NCBI GenBank assembly: GCA_018667335.1
Contig: JABIVD010000007.1
Span: forward strand, 80,425 to 144,424
Source: Rhodospirillaceae bacterium
GTDB lineage: Bacteria; Pseudomonadota; Alphaproteobacteria; UBA6615
Length of the DNA: 64,000 nucleotides
Reading direction: 5' to 3'
Position 1 is the stretch's first letter; every line of letters starts with the position of its first letter. Made by a program: the position numbers and the translations under genes. Shown piece after piece: positions 1-10,242 of the stretch. The notes beneath the pieces are model-generated. The model was not told the origin of the DNA. It ran no database searches and was given only the letters and a program-made list of their open reading frames with translations.

Positions 1-163
1 TGATCGTGGCCGGCGGCGGCGAATAGGGCGACTTCTCTACGCCCGCGACATCTCGTGGTTTGAGACATCCCCTGACCGACAATCTTGACTTGGCTCGGAC
101 AGATTCCAGTTTAGTCAGCGCGACTGGCTTGAATCTGTCGAATAGACATAAATCAAGATGTCG

Positions 164-228
164 TCGAAAATGTATCGGCAATGTGGGTCGACCCGGGCTT
201 GCCCGGTTCGAGAAAGCCGATTTCGAAA
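164..228 (+). other. nested inverted repeats (candidate structured 5' leader) upstream of the MAPEG gene
   Basis: Outer arms TCGAAAATGTATCGGC / GCCGATTTCGAAA enclose an inner hairpin GTCGACCCGGGC-TT-GCCCGGTTCGAG. Ends 45 nt before the ATG. Confidence 0.2.
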
Positions 229-271
229 CAGGGGTCACGCAATCCGTTGGCTCCGAATTGAGGGGGTAATC

Positions 272-688
272 ATGGAAAATATCGCAGCAGTAGCACCAAT
301 CATTACGCTGTTCGTCTCATCCTTGCTGGTGTTGATGAAGCTCGTTCTCGGCCTTCGGGTCAGCATGTATCGCAACAAGTCCAACATATCCTGGGGCGAC
401 AACGGCGACGACCAGCTTATTCGCCGCATCCGTGCGCATGCCAACCATTCGGAATGGGTCCCCGCGACCATGATTATTCTGGGGCTGGTCGAAATGGTCG
501 GCGTGCACCCCATTATTGTCGGTGTGCTCGGTGCGATCGTCGTGATCGCGCGCAGCCTTCACGCCATTGGCCTGATGGGCAATGCCGAGAGCTTCAACCG
601 TGCCGCGGGTATCGCAATGAACTGGATCGTCCTGTTGCTGGCATCGATCATCGGCATCACCGAGTTTTTCGCGCCCGGCAGCTTCTAA
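272..688 (+). CDS. MAPEG-family small membrane protein
   Basis: Internal ATG of ORF 158..688 with a strong SD (GAGGGGGTAATC-ATG). The product MENIAAVAPIITLFVSS... is about 138 aa with 3-4 hydrophobic helices. Family assignment is from memory of the MAPEG fold. Confidence 0.55.
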   Translation: MENIAAVAPIITLFVSSLLVLMKLVLGLRVSMYRNKSNISWGDNGDDQLIRRIRAHANHSEWVPATMIILGLVEMVGVHPIIVGVLGAIVVIARSLHAIGLMGNAESFNRAAGIAMNWIVLLLASIIGITEFFAPGSF

Positions 689-743
689 CCGGAGCTCCAC
701 CGCGCCGAGCAAAAGGCAGGCGGCTGCGCGCCGGAGGCCGACT

Positions 744-1289
744 TCAGACGCGCAGCGGCGCCGGCTCGTCGGCCGGCGGATCGACCTCGAAGGCGTTCGC
801 CGTGCAACAAGTCATGACGAACTGGCCCGAGGCCGCGACCAGACCGATAAGATCGGTCTCGCCCATCACGCCCTCTGCCGCGGCGTAGGCCCCGTCGCCG
901 AGCTTGTTTGATTCCATGAGCTCGCGGGCGACCTCGTAGCAGGTGCGCTCGCGGGCATCGGCCAGGTCGGGAACGTCGCGGGCATTGATCGCATCGACGA
1001 TCTCCCGGTCGATACCGACCTTCAGCGCATTGCGCGACTGGGCGAACCACGGGTAACGGGCGTTCCAGTGGCGGGCGACGACCATGAACACGATCAACCG
1101 TTCGCGCTCACTGAGCGGCCCGGCGCCGAGGCTGTCGCGCATGTCCTGGGCCTTTTGAAACAGGTCGGGAATGCGGATATAGGCGTAGAACGGCCCACCG
1201 ACGGGACCACCGCTTTCCTTGGCGGCGTCATGGACCTTGGCCTGCTCGGCATTCATGTCCGCCCGGTCGATAATCTCGATACGCGTCAT
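744..1289 (-). CDS. carboxymuconolactone decarboxylase (CMD/AhpD-like) family protein
   Basis: ORF 744..1367 trimmed to the ATG at 1289, which has a GGAGGA SD 8 nt upstream on the minus strand. The sequence MTRIEIIDRADMNAEQAKVHD... is CMD-like. Confidence 0.6.
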   Translation of the reverse strand: MTRIEIIDRADMNAEQAKVHDAAKESGGPVGGPFYAYIRIPDLFQKAQDMRDSLGAGPLSERERLIVFMVVARHWNARYPWFAQSRNALKVGIDREIVDAINARDVPDLADARERTCYEVARELMESNKLGDGAYAAAEGVMGETDLIGLVAASGQFVMTCCTANAFEVDPPADEPAPLRV

Positions 1290-1339
1290 ATCTGTTTTTC
1301 CTCCACGACGGCTTCTGCACCACGGCGGCGCGGTCGGGT

Positions 1340-2176
1340 TCACCCGCCCTTGCGCACGACCATCCACATATTGTCACTCAGCGGGAACCGGTCGAAGAAT
1401 CCGAACCCGACTGTGCTGAACCCCGCGTCCGCGACCATCGCGCGCAGGCTCGCAGGGGTGAAATGATTGACATGCCCGGGGAACCGAAAGCCGCACCAGC
1501 GCGACCCCATGACCCGCCGATTGATGCTTGAGAAGTTCGGCACCTTGATGATCGCCACGCCACCCGACTTGAGCACGCGCGCCGCATGCGACAGCAACTC
1601 GACGGGCTTGTGTTCATGTTCGAGGAAGGAGCGCATGAGAACGCCGCTTGCGGTAGCGGCCTCGTAACTCGCAAGGCCTTCGACCGCGGGCAGGTTGATG
1701 ATGCTGCCGCCACGGGCTGCCAGCAGGCCCTGCGCCTCTTCCGCCAGCGCCTTGGAGATTTCGATCCCGCTGGTTTCATAGTGCGTGGGCAACGACAGCA
1801 AACGATCCGCGTTGCCGCAGCCGACATCGATCACCAGGCCCGGCGGCACCCACTTGTTGATGCGTTTGACCAGCTTGTCCGGCTTGCGGACGGCCCAGCG
1901 ATAGAATTTCCGCCAGGCGCGCGAAATCGCGTAGGCCAGGGGATACTCCTTGCGCATCCGAACCTTGCGGTCGCCATGGTTCTTCTCCCAGGCGAACGCC
2001 ACCTTGAAATCCGCGTAATCCGGGGGGTTTTCAAGATAAACGAACCCGCAAGCGCCGCATTTACGGAGCTTCCAGTCCTGCCATGAATAGCCGAGCGCAG
2101 GCCGGCTCGAATTGTCGGTTTCGCAATTCGGGCAGTTCCTGTGTAGAAGTTCGCCAAGATTCTCGGCTGCGGACAT
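1340..2176 (-). CDS. class I SAM-dependent methyltransferase
   Basis: Contains motif I VIDVGCGNADRL. There is an N-terminal Cys-rich CPNC...CGAC zinc-ribbon-like segment. Co-directional with, and 50 nt upstream of, the CMD gene. Confidence 0.7.
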   Translation of the reverse strand: MSAAENLGELLHRNCPNCETDNSSRPALGYSWQDWKLRKCGACGFVYLENPPDYADFKVAFAWEKNHGDRKVRMRKEYPLAYAISRAWRKFYRWAVRKPDKLVKRINKWVPPGLVIDVGCGNADRLLSLPTHYETSGIEISKALAEEAQGLLAARGGSIINLPAVEGLASYEAATASGVLMRSFLEHEHKPVELLSHAARVLKSGGVAIIKVPNFSSINRRVMGSRWCGFRFPGHVNHFTPASLRAMVADAGFSTVGFGFFDRFPLSDNMWMVVRKGG

Positions 2177-2358
2177 GGATTCCCTCGCTGATCGCACCCT
2201 TCGCAATCACGCTAGCATTACCATCGCAGCAAGAATCGCAACAGACTTGTCTGGTACGGGCCGACGCACAGTGAATTGAGCCATGTTAAGCTTGCATCGA
2301 CAACGGCGCATATGGCTCGATTCGGCGCGCGATCAACGGAGGCGGCGTTAACCGCAAC

Positions 2359-4179
2359 ATGCAGGATTCCCCGCAGATTTCCCGAACGGACAGCACTGGC
2401 CACCTGATCGGCCGGATGTGGCGCGACTGGATGAGCGCCTACAAGCCCCGGGTCGCCATGGCAGTGGCGCTGATGATCGTCGTGGCCGCCGCATCCGCCG
2501 CCTATCCCAAACTGATCGAAACCTCCGTCGATATGCTGGAGGCCAAGAACGCGAATGTGGTCTGGATGATGCCGCTGGCGATCATCCTGGTGACATTCAT
2601 CAAGGGGATTGCATCGTACGGACAAAGCGTCCTGAGCCAGTCGGTGGCCTTGCGGGTCATCAACGCGATCCAGAAGGCCATGTTTGCCCACCTGATGGCG
2701 GCCGACTTGCAGGCCCATCATGAGACATCGACCGGCAAGCTCATCTCGCGCTTCACCAACGATGTGAACCTGATGCGCGACGCGCTGTCGCGAACGCTGA
2801 CGGCCATGGCGCGCGATTTCGTCACCGCCGCTGCACTGATCGGGATGATGTTCTATCTCGACTGGCTGCTCGCCATCATCGTTCTCGTTACCTTCCCGCT
2901 GGCTGGCCGGCCGATCATCCGTATCGGACGACGCCTGCGCCGAGCGTCTTCCAATGCCCAGACGGGCATGGGTGATCTGACATCCAACCTGGAGCAGGCA
3001 TTTTCGGGCATTCGCCTGATCAAGTCATATCGGATGGAGGAATACGAGCGCGCGCGCGCGAATGATCTCTTCGACCATATCTACTACCTGGTCATGAAAA
3101 CGGTGAAGGGCCGCGCCCGCACCTATCCGTTCCTCGAGACGATCGGCGGCTCCTCGGTCGCCGCCGTCCTGGCCTATGGGGGGTGGCGGATTTTGTCCGG
3201 CACCGGCACGCTGGGTGAGTTCGTTGGCTTCCTGGCGGCCGTGATTTTGGCCTACCAGCCGATCCGTAGCCTCGGAAACCTCAACTCTGCGCTGCAAGAA
3301 GGTTTGGCGGCCGTCCAGCGCAGCTTCGATCTGCTCGACAGCCATGCCCGTATCGTCGACGCTCCCAACGCACGCGACCTCGTCCTGAAGGGCGGCAGCG
3401 TGTCCTTCGAGAAGGTGACCTTTGCTTACGCGCGGGACAAAACGGCCCTCAACGCGGTGGACTTGCGGATCCCGGCAGGCCAGAGCGTGGCACTGGTTGG
3501 CCCCAGCGGCGCCGGCAAGTCCACGGTCATGAACCTGCTGCTCCGCTTCAACGACGTCGACTCCGGTACCGTCGCCATCGACGGACAGGATGTGCGCACC
3601 CTGACAATGGCCAGCCTGCGCGACAGCATCGCGCTCGTCAGCCAGGACATTACCCTGTTCAACGATACCGTCGCCGCCAACATCCGCTTCGGTCGGCCTG
3701 ACGCCACCGACGCGCAAGTGATCGCAGCCGCCCGCGACGCTGCGGCCCATGATTTCGTCTCGGCGCTGCCGGATGGCTACGACACAATGGTGGGGAATCG
3801 CGGCTCGTCCCTGTCCGGCGGCGAACGCCAACGCATCGCCATCGCGCGCGCGATGCTCAAGGACGCGCCCATTCTCCTGCTCGACGAAGCAACGAGCGCG
3901 CTGGATGCGGAGTCCGAACAGCAGGTGCAGATTGCGCTCGAGCGGCTGACTGCAAACCGGACGACCCTGGTTGTTGCCCACCGCCTCGCAACAGTCATGA
4001 ACGCAGACCAGATTCTGGTGATGGACGATGGGCGGGTCGTGGAAACCGGCACGCATGGCGAACTCCAGGAACGAGATGGCCTCTATGCAAGGCTGAGCCG
4101 GCTTCAGTTTCGTGAGCCCGGCGCCATATCAACCAAGGACGACGGCACCGCGGCGGACGCCGAACGCGCGCACGGATGA
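2359..4179 (+). CDS. msbA: ABC transporter permease/ATPase, lipid A export MsbA-like
   Basis: Six-TM N-terminal half. Walker A GPSGAGKST, ABC signature LSGGERQR, Walker B ILLLDEATSALD. Followed by waaA and lpxK with ATGA overlaps. Confidence 0.85.
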   Translation: MQDSPQISRTDSTGHLIGRMWRDWMSAYKPRVAMAVALMIVVAAASAAYPKLIETSVDMLEAKNANVVWMMPLAIILVTFIKGIASYGQSVLSQSVALRVINAIQKAMFAHLMAADLQAHHETSTGKLISRFTNDVNLMRDALSRTLTAMARDFVTAAALIGMMFYLDWLLAIIVLVTFPLAGRPIIRIGRRLRRASSNAQTGMGDLTSNLEQAFSGIRLIKSYRMEEYERARANDLFDHIYYLVMKTVKGRARTYPFLETIGGSSVAAVLAYGGWRILSGTGTLGEFVGFLAAVILAYQPIRSLGNLNSALQEGLAAVQRSFDLLDSHARIVDAPNARDLVLKGGSVSFEKVTFAYARDKTALNAVDLRIPAGQSVALVGPSGAGKSTVMNLLLRFNDVDSGTVAIDGQDVRTLTMASLRDSIALVSQDITLFNDTVAANIRFGRPDATDAQVIAAARDAAAHDFVSALPDGYDTMVGNRGSSLSGGERQRIAIARAMLKDAPILLLDEATSALDAESEQQVQIALERLTANRTTLVVAHRLATVMNADQILVMDDGRVVETGTHGELQERDGLYARLSRLQFREPGAISTKDDGTAADAERAHG

Positions 4180-5498
4180 TTGCGGACAATCCGCCCGCGA
4201 ACAGGGGCAACGCCACGTTTGCCAGCAGCCTGTATCGCGGCGTCACCACCGTGGGACTGCCGCTGGTCGAGCTTCTGCTCCAACGCCGCCTGATGCGCGG
4301 CAAGGAGGAGCCGTCACGCATCGACGAGCGCCGCGGAATTCCCTCGATCCAGCGACCGAGCGGGCCCATCGTCTGGATCCACGCCGCCAGCATTGGCGAG
4401 GCACAGTCGGTCCTGGTCCTCATCGAGCGAATCCTTCGGATCGCACCCGAGCTGAACATTCTGATGACCACCGGCACCATCACGTCGGCCCGCATCATGA
4501 GCGAACGGCTTCCACCTCGGGCGATCCACCAGTATGTGCCTGTCGATCGGGTCGCTTGGGTACGCCGTTTTCTGGAATACTGGCGTCCCGCAGCCGCGCT
4601 CTGGGTTGAATCCGAGCTCTGGCCCAACCTCCTGCTCGAATCGCGACGCGCGGGCATCCCCATGGCGCTGGTCAACGCGCGCATGTCGGAACGTTCGCGT
4701 ACCAGTTGGGGCCGCGCACCAAGGGTCGCAGGCGAGCTCCTGTCCTGCTTCAGCACCATCCTGGCGCAGGACCAGGAAATCGCCACAAGGCTCGAAGCGC
4801 TGGGCGCGCGGAACGTCTCGGTGACGGGGAACCTGAAACTGGCCGCCGCGCCACTACCGGCAACTGCCGCATCGTTGATCGAGCTCCAGGATGCGATTGG
4901 CGGCCGTCCGACATGGGTCGCGGCCAGCACTCATCGCGGCGAGGAAGACACTGTCGGCAACGTGCATGCCGGCCTCGCAGGTCGTTACCCCGACCTTCTG
5001 ACCCTGTTGGCCCCGCGCCACCCGCAACGGGGTGACGAGGTCGAACTGGCCCTGACCAAATCCGGCCTGTCGGTTGCGCGCTGGTCGCGCGGTGACGCGA
5101 TCACGCCTGACACGAACATCTATCTGGCCGATGGCACGGGATTGCTGGGCCAACTCTATCGGGTGGCACCCATCGCTTTCATCGGCGGATCGCTGATCCC
5201 CCATGGCGGACAAAACATTCTTGAGGCGGCGCTCCTGCGCTGCGCCGTTCTCTACGGACCCCATATCGATAATTTCCGCTCCATCGCAAACGAGCTGCAA
5301 GCTGCCGGTGCGGGCCGGGAAGTTGTGGACGGAGAGGATCTTCAACGCGCCGTCGGCGAGCTGCTCGGGTCGCCGGAACGCACAACTGCAATGGCCGACG
5401 CCGCGGCCGGGGCCGCGAGCCGCAAGCAGGAGGTCATCGACTTGGTGATGCGCCGCCTGCAGCCTTTGATCGCAAATGCCGTCACGAGCACGTCATGA
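4176..5498 (+). CDS. waaA: 3-deoxy-D-manno-octulosonic acid (Kdo) transferase
   Basis: VWIHAASIGEAQSVLVLIERI is the Kdo-transferase N-terminal glycosyltransferase signature. Its ATG overlaps the msbA TGA (ATGA). Confidence 0.85.
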   Translation: MIADNPPANRGNATFASSLYRGVTTVGLPLVELLLQRRLMRGKEEPSRIDERRGIPSIQRPSGPIVWIHAASIGEAQSVLVLIERILRIAPELNILMTTGTITSARIMSERLPPRAIHQYVPVDRVAWVRRFLEYWRPAAALWVESELWPNLLLESRRAGIPMALVNARMSERSRTSWGRAPRVAGELLSCFSTILAQDQEIATRLEALGARNVSVTGNLKLAAAPLPATAASLIELQDAIGGRPTWVAASTHRGEEDTVGNVHAGLAGRYPDLLTLLAPRHPQRGDEVELALTKSGLSVARWSRGDAITPDTNIYLADGTGLLGQLYRVAPIAFIGGSLIPHGGQNILEAALLRCAVLYGPHIDNFRSIANELQAAGAGREVVDGEDLQRAVGELLGSPERTTAMADAAAGAASRKQEVIDLVMRRLQPLIANAVTSTS

Positions 5499-6472
5499 AG
5501 GCGCCTAAATTCTGGTCACAACCCGGCTCGCCACTGGGCAAACTCCTCAGCCCGCTGGGTTGCGCCTACAGGGTTGCGGGTTCAATCAAACGATCCTCCG
5601 TCAGACCCGCACACGTCAATGCCAGGGTCATTTGCGTTGGAAACCTTGTCGCCGGCGGCACCGGCAAGACGCCGGTCTCTTTGGCGATTGCCGCATGTCT
5701 ACAACGCGAAGATCTGGCATTCCTGACCCGCGGCTATGGTGGCCGGCTGGCCGGCCCGGTGCGCGTCGCACGCGACACCCACACGCCAGCCGAGGTCGGA
5801 GACGAAGCATTCTTGCTGGCCCGTGCGGCACCGGTCTGGGTCGCCCGCGATCGCGTGGCCGGCGCCGAGGCGGCCATCAACGCCGGGAGCCGGCTGATCG
5901 TGATGGATGACGGATTTCAGAACCCGTCCCTCGCCAAGAATGTCGGCATCATCGTCATCGATGGCGAGACCGGATTTGGCAATGGGCAACTCATCCCCGC
6001 CGGGCCGCTCCGCGAGCCGGTCGCAACCGGGCTGGCACGTGCCGATGCGGTCGTCATCGTCGGACACGACCACGCCGACATCGCAAACAAACTACCGCCG
6101 TCGCTGCCGGTTTTCACCGGCCGGATTCAGCCGACAACGAGCAGGGATACCTGGGCCGGGCGACGTGTCGTCGCCTTTGCCGGGATCGGCCGGCCTGGAA
6201 AGTTCTTCGACACGCTCGCCACGCTTGGATGCGAAATCGTCGCCACCCACAGCTTCGCCGACCACCATCCGTTCACGGACAGGGAGATCGCGCAGATATG
6301 TGCCCGGGCGAACGCCCTCGACGCGGTTCCCGTGACGACGGAAAAGGACGCCGTGCGTCTGCCCGACGCCGCCCGCGATAAGGTCGAAACGCTGCCGGTG
6401 GCATTCGTGTGGGACGATGTGCCTGCAATCACGGTATTCCTGGACAATCTAACCCGCCGGGAAACCGGCTAG
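5495..6472 (+). CDS. lpxK: tetraacyldisaccharide 4'-kinase
   Basis: P-loop ICVGNLVAGGTGKTPV. ATGA overlap with waaA. Classic msbA-waaA-lpxK order. Confidence 0.85.
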   Translation: MKAPKFWSQPGSPLGKLLSPLGCAYRVAGSIKRSSVRPAHVNARVICVGNLVAGGTGKTPVSLAIAACLQREDLAFLTRGYGGRLAGPVRVARDTHTPAEVGDEAFLLARAAPVWVARDRVAGAEAAINAGSRLIVMDDGFQNPSLAKNVGIIVIDGETGFGNGQLIPAGPLREPVATGLARADAVVIVGHDHADIANKLPPSLPVFTGRIQPTTSRDTWAGRRVVAFAGIGRPGKFFDTLATLGCEIVATHSFADHHPFTDREIAQICARANALDAVPVTTEKDAVRLPDAARDKVETLPVAFVWDDVPAITVFLDNLTRRETG

Positions 6473-7317
6473 CGCACAGCGTGTTTTGGTCCGGTGCGCA
6501 TTGGCCCCGCTATCAATTCCGGATCCAGCCGCACGTCGAACCAGTTGATCCGCCAATCAAGATGCGGCCCCGTCGAGCGACCGGTTGATCCGACCGTTCC
6601 GACCTGCACCCCGGCCGCAACCATCTGCCCGTGCGCAACATCGACACGTTCGAGATGCGAGTAGATCGTTGTCAGCCCATGGCCGTGATCCACCACCACG
6701 GTGCCCCCGGTATAGAACAGGTCGGTTTCGGCGAGGGCCACGGTGCCAGGCGCCGAAGCCAAAACAGGTGTCCCGCGCGGGGCGGCGATATCCACTCCGA
6801 GATGGGGCCGCCGCGGCTCACCATTGAGGATACGCTGGTTGCCATAGCGGCCGCTGATCCGACCCGACACCGGCCAGTCGAACCCGGTCTCGAAACGCGG
6901 CGACGCGCTGTCGCGGGCCCGCGCCGCAGAGATCAGACGCGCCTCGCGTCGGATACGTTCCAGATCATTCGTGTTGGGGGACACCTTGCGGGGCGGCAGG
7001 CCATCGATCCGCTCGATGGCATAGTCGCGCACGCGCACCGGAAGTCGCCGGGTCTCACGGCGCCCGTCTCGATAAGTGACCTGCAACGAAAACGGCTCGG
7101 TTCGGTCGCGGTCGACCCCGAACACGAAAATTCCGCTGGCGTCATCGACGCGCAACGGTTTGCCGTCGAGGGCAACCGCAGCGCCGGGTTCCGCCGTCCC
7201 GATCACCAGGGCGCCCTGAACGAATTCGACCGGCAGATCGAGCGCCCAACCCGGCCCGGACATTGCGACCAACACGAAGAACGCCGCGACCCAGCGACGC
7301 GCGAGGCAAACCGTCAC
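6469..7317 (-). CDS. M23 family metallopeptidase (LysM/peptidoglycan hydrolase-like)
   Basis: GTG start with a signal peptide MTVCLARRWVAAFFVLVAMSGPGWA. M23 motifs HLDWR and GTVVVDHGHGLTTIYSHL. Its start overlaps the xseA stop (GTGA). Confidence 0.8.
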   Translation of the reverse strand: MTVCLARRWVAAFFVLVAMSGPGWALDLPVEFVQGALVIGTAEPGAAVALDGKPLRVDDASGIFVFGVDRDRTEPFSLQVTYRDGRRETRRLPVRVRDYAIERIDGLPPRKVSPNTNDLERIRREARLISAARARDSASPRFETGFDWPVSGRISGRYGNQRILNGEPRRPHLGVDIAAPRGTPVLASAPGTVALAETDLFYTGGTVVVDHGHGLTTIYSHLERVDVAHGQMVAAGVQVGTVGSTGRSTGPHLDWRINWFDVRLDPELIAGPMRTGPKHAVR

Positions 7318-8879
7318 AAGAGCGTCCCCTGCGGATCGTCCGGGGAGGTTTTCTTCTTGGGTTTGCCAGCCGTCTTCGGCGCCCTTGGTTTCGCCGCCTT
7401 CGCGGCAGGCATGTCCCCACCGACGCTGTCGACCGTCGCGCCGACGATCCCCTCATCGCGGAAGCTGAGAGAAATTCCATCACCCGGCGCAAGTGCGTCT
7501 GCCGCCAGCACCGGTGCACCGCTTGCGTCGCGCACCAGAACAAACCCGCGCTCCAGCACACCCTTGTAGGAGTAGCTCTCAAGCAGGCTTTCGAACGACG
7601 CAAGCTTTTGCCCCGCATCCGCCAGCATCCGACCTGCCGCCTGATCAAGTCGTTGGCCAAACGAATGCGTGTCACGCAGATCGCGCTCAATTTTTCCGTC
7701 CCCGGCAGATTTCACCGCCGCCAGGCGCGCCACCATGGACGCCAGGTCCCGGCGCTTGGCATCCACATACTGGTCCGGCTGAACGAGCTGGCGGCCTTGC
7801 GCAGCGACCGCCTCGTCTTTCGATCGCAACACCCGCGTCAGCGCCGGGCGGAGCCGCTCGGCCCAGTCATCGACCCGCTGCATGGCGCCCTCGAGGATAC
7901 GCCGTGGTGCGGGAAGGCCACGTCCCAACGCGGTGACTTCCTGATTGCGCGAGCGCACCAGCCGGGTGATCGCGCCGGTCAGACGTGCGCCGTCTTCCCC
8001 GACCTGGGCAATCAAGTCGCTGCGCACGGGCACCGCCATCTCTGCCGCCGCCGTCGGTGTGGGTGCGCGTTTGTCCGATGCGAAATCGATCAATGTCGTG
8101 TCGGTCTCGTGCCCGACCGCGGAAATCAGCGGAATGTCGCTCGCCGCCGCGGCGCGGACCACATTCTCCTCGTTGAATGCCATCAAATCCTCGAGCGACC
8201 CACCGCCGCGTGCGACGATCAGCAGATCCGGTCGCGGCACCGGCCCGTCCGGGCCCAACCGGTTGAAGCCCTCGATCGCCGCGGTGATCTGGGCCGCGGC
8301 ATTGTCGCCCTGCACCAACACCGGCCAGACCAACACCTGACGCGGGAAACGATCCGCCAGCCGATGCAGGATGTCCCGGATGACGGCACCCGTCGGCGAC
8401 GTGACGACACCGATCACTTCGGGCAGATAGGGAATGTCCGCCTTGCGCTCGATCTCGAAAAGGCCCTCGGCTGCAAGCCGCTTGCGCCGTTCCTCGATCA
8501 TCTTGAGGAGAGCACCCTCGCCGGCCACTTCCAGCCGCTCGATCACAAGCTGATATTTGGAGCGTGCCGGGTATGTCGTCACCCGACCGGTCGCGATGAC
8601 CTCCAGCCCATCCTCTGGCTGCACTTCCAGCCGCCCCGCGGAGCCGCGCCAGCAAACACCGTCGATCATCGCGTCGGCGTCTTTAAGCGTCATATAGAGA
8701 TGGCCCGATGCGGCGCGCTTGAACCCGGACACCTCGCCGCGCACGCGCACATAGCCGAAGCTGTCCTCGACCGTGCGTTTGACGGCACCGGACAGCTCGC
8801 CGACCGACAGCACGGGCGGCTGATTGTCGCCGGGTGTCTGGTCCAGCGTGTCGGGGGTATCGGGGGGCGTCTGGTTCAT
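7314..8879 (-). CDS. xseA: exodeoxyribonuclease VII large subunit
   Basis: N-terminal OB-fold segment VSGFKRAASGHLYMTLKD aligns to E. coli XseA. Start chosen at the in-frame ATG 8879 with a GGGGGTGA SD. The ORF itself begins at TTG 8900. Confidence 0.85.
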   Translation of the reverse strand: MNQTPPDTPDTLDQTPGDNQPPVLSVGELSGAVKRTVEDSFGYVRVRGEVSGFKRAASGHLYMTLKDADAMIDGVCWRGSAGRLEVQPEDGLEVIATGRVTTYPARSKYQLVIERLEVAGEGALLKMIEERRKRLAAEGLFEIERKADIPYLPEVIGVVTSPTGAVIRDILHRLADRFPRQVLVWPVLVQGDNAAAQITAAIEGFNRLGPDGPVPRPDLLIVARGGGSLEDLMAFNEENVVRAAAASDIPLISAVGHETDTTLIDFASDKRAPTPTAAAEMAVPVRSDLIAQVGEDGARLTGAITRLVRSRNQEVTALGRGLPAPRRILEGAMQRVDDWAERLRPALTRVLRSKDEAVAAQGRQLVQPDQYVDAKRRDLASMVARLAAVKSAGDGKIERDLRDTHSFGQRLDQAAGRMLADAGQKLASFESLLESYSYKGVLERGFVLVRDASGAPVLAADALAPGDGISLSFRDEGIVGATVDSVGGDMPAAKAAKPRAPKTAGKPKKKTSPDDPQGTLL

Positions 8880-8943
8880 CGAATCACCCCCATGATACAA
8901 ACTGCCGGCCTCGAAACGAAGGACGCAAAGAAGGATCGCGGAA

Positions 8944-10218
8944 ATGCGAATTTTGGTCGTCGGCGGTGGCGGGCGCGAACACGCGCTGTGCTGGGCAATC
9001 GCCGCCTCTCCGCTGTGCGATGCGCTTTACTGCGCACCCGGAAATGCAGGCATCGCGCAGGATGCCGAATGCGTCCCGATCGTCGCAGACGATGTGGATG
9101 GGCTTGTCAAATTCGCCACCGATCAGGCCATCGACCTCGTCGTGGTCGGCCCGGAGGGCCCGCTGGTCCTGGGCCTGGTCGATCGGCTCGACGAGATTGG
9201 CATCAAGGCCTTCGGCCCGCGCGCCGACGCCGCGATGCTCGAAGGCTCCAAGGGCTTCATGAAGGATTTATGTGCCCGGCACGGCATTCCGACCGCCGGC
9301 TACGGACGCTTTACGGACGCAGTGGAGGCCAAGGCCTATATCCGTGCGCAAGGCGCGCCGATCGTGGTCAAGGCGGACGGCCTCGCCGCCGGCAAGGGCG
9401 TGACGGTCGCACAATCCGTGGACGAGGCGCTCGACGCGGTGGACCAGGCGATGGGCGACAAGGCGTTCGGCGATGCCGGCGCCGAGCTCGTCATCGAGGA
9501 ATTCCTCCCCGGCGAGGAGCTGTCATTCTTTGTGCTCGTGGATGGCGAGAACGCCCTGCCACTGGCCGGCGCCCAGGACCACAAGGCCGTCGGCGACGGC
9601 GACACCGGCCCCAACACCGGCGGCATGGGTGCCTACTCCCCCGCCCCGTCCCTGACCCCGGCGCTCGAGGCCGAGGTGATGGAGACTATTATTCTGCCGA
9701 CGGTGCGCGGCATGGCCGCCGACGGCTACCCCTATCGCGGCGTCCTGTATGCCGGGCTGATGCTCGACGGCGGTCGGCCGAAACTGCTCGAATACAATGT
9801 CCGGTTCGGCGACCCCGAATGCCAGGTGCTGATGATGCGGCTGCGCTCGGACATCGTGCCGGCGCTGATCGCGGCATGCGACGGTGCCCTCAAGACCTTC
9901 GATCTGCGCTGGTCGAACGACGCCGCGCTGACCGTGGTGCTCGCCGCGAACGGCTATCCGGGAGCCTATGAAAAAGGCACCGAAATCCGCGGGCTCGATG
10001 CCGCCGCGGCAACCGGCGCCACCGTCTTCCACGCCGGGACGACTGCCGATGGAGACCGCATCCTGGCAACCGGCGGACGGGTCCTGAACGTGACGGCCGG
10101 CGGCACCGACATCACCACGGCACAGGCGAACGCCTATGCGGCGGTCGATACCATCGACTGGCCGGACGGCTTCTGCCGCCGCGATATCGGCTGGCGCGCC
10201 GTGGCCCGCGAGAGCTAG
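8944..10218 (+). CDS. purD: phosphoribosylamine--glycine ligase
   Basis: [20 protein letters not shown] is the canonical PurD N-terminus, followed by an ATP-grasp region. AAGGA SD upstream. Confidence 0.9.
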   Translation: MRILVVGGGGREHALCWAIAASPLCDALYCAPGNAGIAQDAECVPIVADDVDGLVKFATDQAIDLVVVGPEGPLVLGLVDRLDEIGIKAFGPRADAAMLEGSKGFMKDLCARHGIPTAGYGRFTDAVEAKAYIRAQGAPIVVKADGLAAGKGVTVAQSVDEALDAVDQAMGDKAFGDAGAELVIEEFLPGEELSFFVLVDGENALPLAGAQDHKAVGDGDTGPNTGGMGAYSPAPSLTPALEAEVMETIILPTVRGMAADGYPYRGVLYAGLMLDGGRPKLLEYNVRFGDPECQVLMMRLRSDIVPALIAACDGALKTFDLRWSNDAALTVVLAANGYPGAYEKGTEIRGLDAAAATGATVFHAGTTADGDRILATGGRVLNVTAGGTDITTAQANAYAAVDTIDWPDGFCRRDIGWRAVARES

Positions 10219-10242
10219 CGCCAAACGCGCGCGACCCACGGA

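Noticed and set aside
60-269. 69-aa ORF at the window start
   Set aside because: No SD and no family. It overlaps the structured leader of the MAPEG gene. Likely noncoding.
7263-9971. 902-aa + strand ORF across xseA and purD
   Set aside because: Arg/Pro/Gly-rich low-complexity translation typical of an off-frame read of GC-rich DNA. It overlaps two confidently assigned genes on the other strand or frame.
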